A stretch of 64,000 nt of DNA from Gonapodya sp. JEL0774 (taxonomy: Eukaryota). How positions within the stretch are numbered: position 1 is the first letter of the stretch; each line of letters starts with the position of its first letter. The translations under genes and the position numbers were made by a program. The stretch lies in assembly GCA_027604505.1 (NCBI GenBank), contig JADIIX010000079.1:1-64000 (forward strand). Direction: 5' to 3'. The notes beneath the pieces were generated by a model, which searched no databases, was not told the DNA's origin, and saw nothing but the letters and a program-made list of their open reading frames with translations. Of this stretch, positions 1 to 11,304 are shown one piece after another.

Positions 1-2
1 GT

Positions 3-212
3 TTAAAAGTTTGCAAGCATTTCCACCCTGACTCAGAACACTTTATAGCCCCTCTCTTTCCACCCAACCCTGCTGCTCAAAGAGTCATCTTTAATCGGGA
101 TGCACCTGCTGCAAGAAACATGGCCATTGCTGCTGTGCATTACTCCCATACAGGTCGACGGTTACCCTGGAATAGAGGTCCACATGCCCTTCAACCAGAC
201 CCAGCCAGGTGA
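3..212 (+). CDS. C-terminal fragment of a probable Fanzor/TnpB-like RuvC nuclease (gene begins upstream of the window)
   Basis: Frame starting at base 3 (not in the ORF track) reads LKVCKHFHPDSEHFIAPLFPPNPAAQRVIFNRDAPAARNMAIAAVHYSHTGRRLPWNR...AR*. NRDxxAAxN preceded by a Cys/His segment and followed by ..GRRxPW resembles the RuvC-III end (NRDxNAAxN) of TnpB/Fanzor proteins. Only ~70 aa are visible. Confidence 0.55.
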   Translation, partial: LKVCKHFHPDSEHFIAPLFPPNPAAQRVIFNRDAPAARNMAIAAVHYSHTGRRLPWNRGPHALQPDPAR

Positions 213-1324
213 CAGGAGGCATTGCAAACTGCTGGGCTGCAGAGTCCTCCTCTTCATCCTGGTGGTGGCGGTCCACCTGGTGGCGGCGGCGGTTCTCCTG
301 GTCCTCCTAGCGGCGGTGGCTGCGGTCCTCCTGGTGGTGGCGGCCCTCTTCCCAGTCCTCCTGGTCCTCCTGGCGGCGGTGGCAGTCCTCCCAGTCCTCC
401 TGGTGGTGGTTCTCACGGCACTTCTGGCCATGGTGGTTCTGGCGGTCCACCTGGCAGCTTAGGTTCCCACCCCTTTCCCCAAGATCCTGGCAGCTGCAGC
501 CATTCTCTTGCTCCCCTTAGCAGCGGTCCTTCTGGCCCTCACGGTGGCCGCGGTGGGCCTTTTGCATCTTCTCTGGGTGCAGATGGACTGGTGGTACCTG
601 GAGGAGGTGGTGGTAGACGTTTGGTGCCAAGCGATGAGCATGGTCGTGGGCGTCCCCGGCAACTTGAGCGGGACGGAAACCGAGCTCGCAATCGTGTTGC
701 AAGCGTAGACAGGAGATCAGAGACTTCACTTTGTTCTTTGACATCATCCTCAAAACAGCGCCCGAAGAGTAGTGTGATCAGAGTGAATGGTCGATCTGAC
801 TGCAATGGTAAGTACTTGCTGGACTGTATCCGCTGTGTTTCACTGCAGTCAAGATGATGATCTCCTGTGTTTTGCCTTGAAAATGTGTAGATCTTTTGAG
901 CGACAACAGTGCTCATGACTCACAGTCTCCACTGTCTTCTACGAGGAGAAATAGGGACGGGCGGGGGAGAACAGGTCGTGGGAAGGGGGTGGGGCAAAGG
1001 GCATCTTGTTACACGATCTTGTTTCTTGATTGGTCTCTTATCTCATACCGTTAGGTAAGGGTCATGCTGTCGGCACTGACGTTTTATTTATCTCCAACGC
1101 TGTTGAAAACATTTGCTCATTCGAATCTCCTCTGCCAACCTCTCTGCCAACGACACTTGAATATCTTGCGAATGCAGTCCACGCACAAAAGTCCCAAACC
1201 AGGCAGATTGGTACAACACACCACTGGTGTCTTGATCGTTGGAGTTTGCCCCACAAGAAGGTAACCCTGAGAGAAGCAGATGGATGGAGGGGAGAGTGTG
1301 AGAAAGAGAGCGACGCCTAACTAG

Positions 1325-1593
1325 CCTCGCGATTGGCCCCTGCACAGTGAGGACTGGAATCTGTGTGGCATGGTGGCCGCTGAGCATAAGAAATCTGACC
1401 AGGAAGAATCAGATGTGCTCAGCACAAGAAGATCTTGGCCCTGGGTATCTGCGAGGACTTCACATTTTTGGTTGCCTGCCTATCACGGCAACGCAGTACT
1501 CTGATGGGAGCCTATCTTGAAGGCATTACTGCAAAACTTGTGGTTTGGTGTTGTGGTCACTGCCGGTAATATATTATTGACAATATATTAACC
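1325..1593 (+). ncRNA. Candidate omegaRNA scaffold (structured non-coding RNA)
   Basis: Nested complementary pairs: CCTCGC 1325-30/GCGAGG 1451-56; GCACAG 1342-47/CTGTGT 1361-66; GCTGAGCA 1379-86/TGCTCAGC 1416-23 enclosing ATCTGA 1393-98/TCAGAT 1409-14; GTTGCC 1471-76/GGCAAC 1487-92; GCAGTA 1493-98/TACTGC 1527-32; TAATATATT 1567-75/AATATATTA 1582-90. Lies downstream of the Fanzor-like ORF. Confidence 0.45.
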
Positions 1594-1599
1594 CATCCC

Positions 1600-1930
1600 C
1601 TCAGTGTCTGAGCCCATCTGCTTGCACCACATTAATGACATTCACTTCCACATTCATGGCGACTGGGACGTGATGTGCATATACGATATTGACACTCGTT
1701 CACGTTTCGAATTCCTCAATAGAATGTCAAACGCAGGAAACACACCCTCCAGCGCTCCCAATATCGCGTCAAGCAACTCTGGACCAACCCACTGGTGCAC
1801 CCAATTGGGATGGAAATTCTGGGAGAAGGGTAACTCGCCTGTCACAAGGGAGTCTAATCACATAGCGCAGAGGTCTTTGGAGGCATTGGAAGAGGTAGGG
1901 ATGGTGAGGAAGGTGGTCGATGCCTTGTGT
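1600..1930 (-). pseudogene. Degenerate coding remnant of unknown family
   Basis: One minus-strand frame reads ...DLCAM*LDSLVTGELPFSQNFHPNWVHQWVGPELLDAILGALEGVFPAFDILLRNSKRERVSISYMHITSQSP*MWK*MSLMW..., protein-like but broken by TGA codons that could be CGA>TGA changes. Confidence 0.25.
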
Positions 1931-2059
1931 TACTACAAAAATGGCCTGGTAACAACGGAGAGGGGCTGTGGTGCGTTATACGGTTATCGTCATGGTGAAA
2001 TGAAAAGTAAACCACCTACTGCTCTATGATACATCTCTCATTACCATATGTATTTAGCA

Positions 2060-3582
2060 TCAAGTCAGGAAGGCCTCTTTGTTCTCTTCCGCAAACTCCT
2101 TCAAGCCAGTTGGCTTCCTTCCCGTCAGCAACTCCACGTCCGGTAAAATTTTCAGTCCAGGTACTTCAGGGGGCGGAACACTGCCCTTAACGCGCTCTTG
2201 GTACATGGTGCGCCGCCGCTCTGCTTCTCGCGCAATGAACTATGAGGTGAGTTTGCCATGATGGTGTGTCAGTGTGGCCAAGCTGCTGGATCATCATCGG
2301 TATCAACTGGAGAATAAGGACAACTGACCTTGATATAGCCCAGTCTACCAACATCAGTCGGGTCTTCCTCCTCTGTCTCTGCATAGAGCTGGTTCCCGTC
2401 CATCATTTCATGGCGGATCTCTCGTCCGACGGCAGCAGAAAAGATTTGGCAAGCCTCGTTCATGGTGGCAATCTGCGTACCAAGCTGGTAGGTTTGACCG
2501 CGATGAGAAGAAGGGTTGAGGAGTACTGCGGCGGCGGAGGCAGCAACTGAACGAAAAGGAGGTCGCGCAACTGTGTTAATCGCTCCAACGGTGATAACTA
2601 TGGCATTAAAAGGTCATCTTACTGTCTTTTCCTGCAATCCACAGTGTCGGGGTGTCAGGAAGGGCGTACCAGGAGATCACCCCGTTTCGTATCCGAGGAC
2701 GTCCGTTGTAGGAGAGACAGTTGTCCATAAATCTGAGCATGCAAAGGAAAGTTACCGACGTCAATTAGAAACTTCTGATTCGCTAATAGTTTCATAGTGG
2801 GGCGAATTAACGCAGTGGTTATATACCTACTCGGCGGGATGGAGGAAGGTGTACCCGTTAGGAAGAACCGCGCGAATGTACGTCTCGACGAGCTCGTGCC
2901 ACGCTAAACAAAGCCACATCATGAGGGAGCGATGTCAAAAAACCATGTTGAAGTTTATCACGCTCACCGATGAGCGGAAAGTAGACCTTCGCCTCCTTTG
3001 GAGGAACCCTCACCCCCAAATGAACAAGGTGCCTAACCCCCACGGCAGCACATGCGTCGGCAAAATATTTTCCTTGCTCACACATTGAGGAGGTGTAAGA
3101 TGTGGCGAGGAAAACTGAGGCGATAGAGTTGTAAAATGCGAGACGGTGAGGAAGGAGAGGTGGGACGACTAACAGGTCGAGTCAAACGCACCAGCATCAA
3201 ATCCACTGAGGAGGTTATGAAATGAGTAGAAATCATCCAGGTCTAAAATCACCGCTTGGCTATCGAGAGCCCGAAGGTCGGCGTTCTAGGTACTTGTTCA
3301 CATCGTCGAAAATTGCTTCCGACTTCCAATCACCTCCCTTTCCTCGCCATTTCCGCCCTTTTTGCTTCACTTCTAGTGGTCCCTACCGTAACGATGGGCT
3401 TGCCCTCGATGAGAGCGCCAGATTTGGCGACGGATTCGAGTTGGGAGAGGAGCAGAGAGCCCTGGAAAACCGATCGCGATTGGACCACTCAATTACACAC
3501 GAAAAGGAGACGCGAGGCGGGGAATACGAACGACGACGCCCGTGGCGCCAGTGACGAGGACGCGGTATTCGTTCGTGGGCAT
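2060..3582 (-). CDS. NmrA-like / atypical SDR NAD(P)-binding protein (multi-exon)
   Basis: Spliced N-terminus MPTNEYRVLVTGATGVV|GSLLL (Rossmann GxxGxxG). Internal ADACAAVGVRHLVHLGV and HPAE|FMDN. C-terminal PDVELLTGRKPTGLKEFAEENKEAFLT* is typical of NmrA-like proteins. Confidence 0.8.
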
Positions 3583-6500
3583 CGTGTGTGGAATGTCTTT
3601 GGGACGTCCACCTCGCAAGGGAAGGGGCACAAAGGCAAACAATAATACAAGCATAATTTACGCAGTTACGAACGGTGGTGAATTGTGAGAGTGCGCTGGG
3701 CGGCTGTGAAGCGCGCACTAAATTTTCCCTGGTTAGCCCACACGGACTCGCAACATCTTTCTCTGAAACAATTTTTGTGTAAGTTCAATTTCAGGCGAGA
3801 TCCTGGAACTGGCATTAGGGAGAAACATTTCGCAAAGGTCAAAGTTCACAGTGTGCTCCATTCCCCCCCCCAAATCAGCGTTAATGCCATAACTCGGGCC
3901 GCTCTCTCTGGCGCGCAAGCGCCAGAGAGTTAAGCATTAAAAATATGGGCATTCTGACTGCGCTCTCCCTGGGAAGAGAACGCGCGTACTCGCGTTCCTT
4001 AACTATTGCATGGGCAGCCTCTGCGCGGGTTGTCGTGTTCCCCTATAACAACAGTGTGGCATTTCCGCCTGGAATACTATAGTTAAAGCTTTCTAGGGGT
4101 GGTAGAAGTACTGTAATAGAAATAGACTGTAGTTGCTTGAATGACGGGGCTGCCTGTGAAAAATGAAGGTGCCCCCATGAAATCTGCGTGAATGGTGATG
4201 GTCTTTGTGCCACGGGACCGCCGTCACCTGATGAAGACTAAAGAGATCGTGAACATGCTCGATGTACTGGTAAAAGTTGTGCCCGCGTGTGTGGGCGATC
4301 TTGTGCCGATGGAAACTGGGTGATCGGCCCTCCTGATCGTCCTTTCTCGGTTGCCGACGCTCCGTCGTACTCTGATTCGACGCGCGCGGGGGCTAAAAAT
4401 AATTGATTCAAAATTATCATACTGTAGATGGTCTATGGTGAAAAAGAGCGAAGACAAACGGCCGCGGCTCGCGAGAATCAGCTCGCAATGTGGTTTGGAC
4501 GTCGTCAAAAGCTGCCAAAGAATAGATGTCGGGAACGGAACGTGGGGGAGCCCTACGCGGCACAAATTTGCAAATGGGAAGCTATTCCCCACAAAGTTAC
4601 AACAAGCTATCGTGCGATTTGTACCCCCTTCCCTCGCGCTCTTCGTGTTGCGGGTGTCCTTATCGCGAATGAAGCGCTCGGCGGAAAAACAAAGTACATG
4701 TATTAAGAAACGCAAATCGTAGTCTACCTATGGGGAACGAAGTCTCCATGATGAGCATTCGATTTTACTGTGTGGATCTGTTGGCGGGTGTTACAAGGTC
4801 CAGCACTGGCGAAGATCCCCATTCCCCCTGTCCTCTCACCAACTAAACATGGCGAAATTAATAAAACGATTGGACTGGATGCGCGATGAACGGGAGGGGG
4901 TCGATTGGCGTGGTCGGATGTCAGAACCCGCCCCGTCTCTGGGCAACAGGGCACCTATCGCGGGCTTCCAGCCCTATTGCGAGCTTTCATCTCCATTATG
5001 AAACGTGAACGGTGGGAAAACGATGGAAATTGGACCAGTCAGCTCTGGGTGAAGGTGAGTGCGTAGGGCTGCTCTATTGCTGAATCACATATACTGGACG
5101 CAGTTTGACTCCGTCCCCTCAGAAACTGCGATGGCAATGCTGTCCAGTGTCTATGAATTGGCCGAGAGTGCCTTCACGGGTTAATCGACCTTCGCTCTTG
5201 GTCTCCCGGTTGTTTTGCAGATCCGCTTTCCCACCCACGGCGAGCAGCTCCGACCTCCGGATTGAAACGAAAACGTCAAATACAATGAAAAGCTGTTCTG
5301 TGTAGCCGGTGGATACTGTGGACTGAACGGGTCTTGGTGGAGGTGAGTGAATGCGGTGGTCGAACCCATTGGGGGGCTTTCTTGGTGGGGGATTCCCGCC
5401 TGCGTTCGTGTTTCCGCTTACGAGGACCGCCCACTATGAGAAGTGCGGCGTGAGCTGTCAGACCTCCGGGGTGGGCGTTTCTCATTAGCGAAGCGTGAAG
5501 GATGTGGTGTCAACACCCCTGAGCCGTAGATAAGCACAAAGGAAGCGCGCTACACTGTAATGCAAACCAAATACATTCAAATTTGTGTCTAAGCTAAAAG
5601 TACGCGCTGTGCGCGCTGAACTGTGAGTGCTGGTGGTTAGTTGACCGAACGTGCCGCAGGCCACGGGGTTGCATGATAACGGGGATACCTATATGCTTTG
5701 CTCTACAACTGTATATTCATGAGCCCTTGCTAATGGTGTACGGATCAAAGTGCCGCAGGCCCCGCGCTTGCAGGGGAACCAAGTTAGACCGCAACGTACG
5801 GATTCTGTGCTGAAAGAAGGAACTGCCTCATGTATTGAAAGGGGATATAAAAACTACATGTCTACTCTAAAAGCTATGCCCGTAAACGCGTGTGCACTCC
5901 CTATTTGTGCGTGCGGCTCCTCCTTGCACTGCCGTGCCTCACACCGCACCGACCACATCGCCCCACCAAACCCCCCACACCCCTCCCACCTCCCCCCGCG
6001 CTCTCTCTACTCAACGAGCTTGCATCGCTAGTCCCTCCAACAATTGATGTAACAGCATAACTGTGAACCAGGACTTGAACGCTGCGAAAAAAATACTTGA
6101 TCGCTTCTTGGAGGTTCTCAACAGACTGCCCAGAGAGCCTTGCTTTTCAAGGAGCAATGAAGCACATAAACTAAACACTCGATCGCGGATGGTTGGTCAG
6201 CGCAGCCGGTAATCAATCCGGTATTATTACCCGATTACTAATGGAGATAGTGATCTAGAGCAGGCAGGCTTCACAATATACACTGGAGTTTACAAAGTGT
6301 AAAGATGTTCGAAGAATGTTCGAAAGAATGAGGAAGCTCGAGGCTTCAGGAGAGACTCGCGCTCGACCAACAACACACATGTTCGAGGCTCGACTTGAGC
6401 TTAAATGAGATGTTCGTGACAAGCAGGGAAACTCGGACATTTGGAACAGCAGCTGGGGATGCAGGTGAGGTGTACTGGTGATTGGGGAAGGGAGCAGGGG

Positions 6501-6761
6501 CGGATACCAGCTGGAGAGCTTGTCAGAGGTTCTGCAAATAGGAAGTTCAAGTGGAGTGGCACTGAACCACGGAGCAGGAGTAGTTGAGACATCTTGATTA
6601 TGTACGCAAAACAATAAGGAGAAGGTTTTACATGTGTGCATCGTGACTTTGGAAAGCACACTGCAAACACAAACGGAGCAGCCCGTCGACGACAGCAACA
6701 ACCTAAACCACAAACAAGGAACAACATCGCAAGAATCCGAGGAATCCGAGCGAGAAGAGCC

Positions 6762-8515
6762 ATGTCTACTACTCGCAACGTCCTACTGATTGAAGCCGTC
6801 GAAAACGGCCAGGCACAGCGGGTCCGGCAGCTGTTGAGCGAAGGGGCAAACCCTAATGCGCGGAAGCGGGTAACGTTGACCTGCAAGATCGGAAGAGAAA
6901 CGGAAACGGACTCGGTGGAGTGCGAATCCGCGTTGGCGCTGGGGATTCTGCATGCTCATGAGGAAGTTGTGAAGGCTTTGCTTGATGGAGGTGCCGATCC
7001 GAATGGGGCGTGCGAGTGGAAGACGTCAAACTGCAGTAACTGGATGGGTCTGTTGAATGCAGACAGTTGGACCGATCTGTCAAAGCGTTGGGTAGGGTCG
7101 TATTTGTTCCCTTCACCATTGACACTGGCGGTGGCAAGGGGTGGGAAGTGGATGAATTGGGACGGCAGCACATCCAATCCTGCACCAGACTCGGACAACA
7201 AACTGGCAATCAATCTCAAGGGAGGAAGCGTCCAGTTGAGACAACCCAGAGTTTATCAGGACGCCTGCATCTCTCCCTTCGCACTTCAACCTTCCCTCCC
7301 CATTCTCCAAGTCCTCCTCTCTCACGGGGCTGCGGTCACGCAGAGAGAACTGGATGCTGCTTGCAAATGGCCTGATCAATTGTTTTTGCAAGCACTCCAA
7401 CACCATCAGTTCCACCCTCCCACTTCAGTTCCCGCCCACTCCCAACATTCCCCTTCAGCTCCTGCGTCCCCTTCCCCTACTTCTCAGTCCACCGAAACTT
7501 TTCTGGCACTCCTCACCAACAAGGATCGCGAAATAATAGCTCTACGTGCAGAGTTGGATCAAGTCAAGGGTCGGAATGAGGAACTCTCAGTGAGAACGGC
7601 AGTAGCGGAAAGTAAGGTGGAGGAGGTGATGCAGAGGAATGTGGAACATCAGGCAAGGATCACAAACCTGGAAGCCGCAAACCAGGACCTCCAGACACAA
7701 AATTACGCCCTCTCCACGAAAAACGACACTCTCTCCGCAGAAATTCGCACCCTGTCCACAAAAAACGCAGCTTTGGAACGAGAGATTGGAAACCTGGCGC
7801 AACTCACATCCCTCCCACCTGAGCCTCCCACTCGCGAACCCCAGCCACCTCGTACTGTCAAGAAGCTCATGCATGCAATTGCCGAGTATTTTGCACAAGA
7901 TACAGATGAGCTTGATGTCGCAGTAGGTGATGAGATTTATGTGAACCTGGAGTTTGCGGATGGGTGGGGCTTTGTGAGTGCTACAATTTCGTTGCTTGCA
8001 TTTTATGCTCTTCCCTTGAGATGAATGTCTCCTTCCTCTCTCAATCCCCTCCCCTCAACCACCACCAGGGCTTCCACACTGCACGTGGTACAGCTGGTGC
8101 ATTCCCGATCGCATGTGTTAGCGACACCACATCCCAACCTCCTCTGCAAACCCCGTCCATCACCCTGCGCTACGACTCCCGCATCAACGTCCGCTCTGCA
8201 CCTCCCCCTCCCAACCCGTTCCACCCAGTCCACACAGCTCCGCCAATGTCCTCCCAGTACTACGGTGACGTCACTGGCCCGCCACAACGGTCATTTTACC
8301 CTACTGGGCCAACACCACCAGCATCAGGAATGTGGCCTGCGTGGGGTGTAGAATCCAGGGGTGCTGTGTACAGTGCGGGAGGAGGGGACGTGGTGGGGAG
8401 ATTTGGTGGACAGGCTACAGGTTCAGGAACCGAGAGTGGGAGTGGGAGGATGGGGACTGAGACAGAGGTGCTTGGAGCGGAAGTAGGCCGGGTAGGAGCC
8501 GGGCAAGGGAGGTGA
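6762..8515 (+). CDS. Ankyrin-repeat / coiled-coil / SH3 domain protein
   Basis: LIEAVENGQAQRVRQLLSEGANPN and ESALALGILHAHEEVVKALLDGGADPN (ankyrin-like). Heptad-rich segment at ~7510-7800. SH3 AIAEYFAQDTDELDVAVGDEIYVNLEFADGWGF|GFHTARGTAGAFPIACV spliced across an intron at ~7973-8068. Pro/Gly-rich tail. Confidence 0.8.
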
Positions 8516-8831
8516 TTGGTGAACAGGATGACACTTGGAGATGTGGAGTCAGGAAATGGCAGACTGGGCAGGAGGGGTCATTTTAGTATTCTTGCAATAT
8601 TTGTTTCGTTAACGCACTGTGCCGAAGGCCACACAACTGATCCGCTCCCCAACCATCGTTCAACCCGCGCCGTCGCGCTCAACCATCTTCGTTTACTCTC
8701 CCGTGTCTCCCATTTCCGTCATACTCTCGTTCGGTCTCAGTCTCTTCCCCCCACTCTCGCCATCCCATTCCAGTGAGCGAACTACCTACCTGAGCGACCA
8801 CCGCGTCTTCACTCCACAAAGCAAACTCCAC

Positions 8832-11304
8832 ATGACCGCACACGCCGCACTGGAAACACCGGTTGACGTGGTGTCTTTGGGACGCCCTGTGCCGCCCGCT
8901 GCAGCCCGCGTCCGTCGATCGGTGACATTCGCCTCACATGGTTCGCGTGACATTTCGACTCACCGACACACGGAATCTTCCAGTTTGTTGCCAGCTCCCC
9001 ATACACACTCGGTATCTTCCCCATCACTACTGTCTCCTGCGTCTTCTAAGACTCCCGCTTTCATTGCAAGCGGATCTTCCAACTCGGTGACATGCAAATC
9101 TCTGCCCGTTAGACCGTGGATGGAATATGTTCTGGCTGCACGACGAATCACTCAAGTGGAGGAAAGAAGCAAGCCCGGCGGTGGGACGGCTACCGGAGCT
9201 GTCAGAGATACCGCGTCTTCCCCGGCCCACATTGCTTCATCAGGTCTTCCCTCCCTGTTTGTCGACGTCGCTCACTCCAGCAACTCCAGTCAGTCCACTC
9301 TAACTTCAAGTTTCATGAATCTGACCGAAGAATCTCCACTCGCTCGCAAAGAAGTTCCCTCGGAACCATCTACGTTCCTGAATCGTAATGAATTACAGAA
9401 TTCAACTCTAAAGGATATAAACCTGTGTCTCCACACAGTTGACGCTTCCTTGGCTAGTCGTGTATCGGATTTAGTCTACAATACGCTCGTAGGTGAGTGG
9501 GTGAATATAGTTCAGTGTGGAGCACGGATTCTTCAATACACTTCGTGCAGCGTGATGAATTGTCAATGATATTCTCTTGCTCTTGTGTCCTCAGCCTCCC
9601 CCTGCCTTCCCTCTCTCCTATCTTCCACCAACATTCTCTCCTTCCACCCGCACTTCTCCCTTCCATCCGCTATGCCTCTCCTTCGCACATTATTGTTCGC
9701 AGTAATGCAATACAATTGCGCACCAAATTCCATCACACAGAAAGTGCCGAAAGTGGTACTCTACCCAGAGACGGGTCTCAAGTTACATCCAATCCAGTTC
9801 GGAGCGTCTACGCTGGAATCAGAATTTGCGGTGGAACTGGAATTGGTCAAGGAGATGGACCAAGTCCTACAGCAACACGCTGTCAAAATCGCCGCACAAG
9901 TGGCGAGGTGGAGAGTCGAGAGAGGAAACAGGATTGATGGTTCCGTTGTCAGCACGGATGGAAATGAGGTTGCCAGGGGTTCAAAGACGGCGATAGATAG
10001 AGCGGTCATCGGCGGGAGTACTACAGGCAACAGTGCTATATCTCATGATGGTGTGGGACTGACGCACGGTGGGTTCCGACAAGCGACTGATCTTCAGTCA
10101 ACACCGTTAGTCTCATCATCCACATGATCTCCCTCCAAAACCTTTAAAGCTCAAACTATTTGTCTTGCGTTCTGTTCTCAGGATGCTGCTTCCTTTTCCC
10201 CTCTCTGGTTCTCCCCATCTTCCCTCTCACACTCTCGGTACCTCTGTGGTGTCCCGTTGTACCAACCACGGTATCACAGAGGCACCGACAGGCCCAGGGA
10301 GGACCAAAGCGAAATCGGGACGCTGGAATTGGATTTGCCTGCAGTGATCGCGGGCATGGTCGCAGCGCATACCGCGAGGACGGTGGGGCTGACAGAGCGT
10401 TTGGATGGGGGGGGTGGATTGTCTCTCATTGGGGATGGAAGTGGTGTTCGGTGTGAGGTGGCGCTTTCTGGAGGTGGTGCCGGAGAAACAGAGACGGCTG
10501 CGGTGGCTGCAGCAGCGGCTGTACTTAATCGCTTGGATCTGTCTGATGCCAAGAATGAGTTAAGGAAGGCGGGAAAACGAAGAGAAGGCACGATGGTGCA
10601 TTCATTTTTGAATCTACCAGACAAAATCGATGCACGACGGTATAGAGGGCTTCCGAGTGGGTCGTCCTCGTTTGCTCTGCCATTCGGTGATCGCAGATCC
10701 CCTGGAATCATTAGAACGCTTTCACAGACCTCCACCCCACCCCACCCCCTCCAATCGCACGGCGCGTTGTCCTTCTCTCTCCATCCAATACCCTTTCCGC
10801 CGTTCCATGGGGTATGAGAAAGGCTCACCTCGAGTGGTCTGGGGAGTGGAGTGGTCTCGGATACGGGGATGACGATGGAAAGGAAACCGAAAAGGCAGCC
10901 AGGGCTTTTGGAAGAGCCTCGGTGAAGGAATTAGAGACAGCAGTAGCAGGTAGTGCTTCAGGGTGTCGCTGCAGTCACAAAGGAGTTTCACCCACTCAAC
11001 AAACTTTTAATTTTTTTTCCGCTGCACCTTGGCAGATTTCTCAACTCATGCGATCCTCTATGTGACTCGCTCTCTGCATCGTGCTGAGACGGAAGACGTT
11101 GTTGGACATGTGATGGATATGAACTCCCGGCTACCTCTGACAATTGCGCAATCCACCACTGACAGAGAGGGGCGTTCCGAATTGGATTCGGAAGCTGGGT
11201 GGGTTCTTGCGGACATTCAGCATCTTGTGAATGATATGGTGGTTGGTAATGTGGACGGGGGAAAGGTCGAGAGATCGACAGCAAGCGGTCTTGGTGGGTT
11301 CTAA
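8832..11304 (+). CDS. Hypothetical multi-exon protein
   Basis: A run of long plus-strand ORFs (8619-9569, 9585-10127, 10257-10817, 10814-11065, 11029-11304) separated by pyrimidine-rich GT..AG segments. No family recognised. Confidence 0.45.

Larger units (their letters stand above)
1..1593 (+). mobile_element. Probable right-hand part of a Fanzor-carrying transposable element
   Basis: RuvC-III-like coding end, an in-frame Gly/Pro-rich tail to 857, a structured non-coding block at 1325-1532 and a terminal AT-rich hairpin at 1565-1593. The left end is not in the window and no transposase, TIR pair or TSD is visible. Confidence 0.4.

Noticed and set aside
100..462. Hydrophobic ORF 100-462 and Arg/Thr-rich antisense ORF 162-431
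   Set aside because: Alternative-frame shadows of the GGT/CCT-rich Gly/Pro repeat.
2797..2870. GGGGCGAATTAACGCAGTGGTTA resembles a tRNA 5' end
   Set aside because: No T-loop (GTTCRA) or matching acceptor stem; it lies antisense to an intron/exon boundary of the NmrA-like gene.
6205..6258. Hairpin followed by CTAG (Helitron-like 3' end); shares GCCGGTAAT with 1562-1570
   Set aside because: The hairpin is AT-rich and imperfect, CTAG is not followed by T, there is no Rep/helicase nearby, and a 9-nt match is expected by chance.
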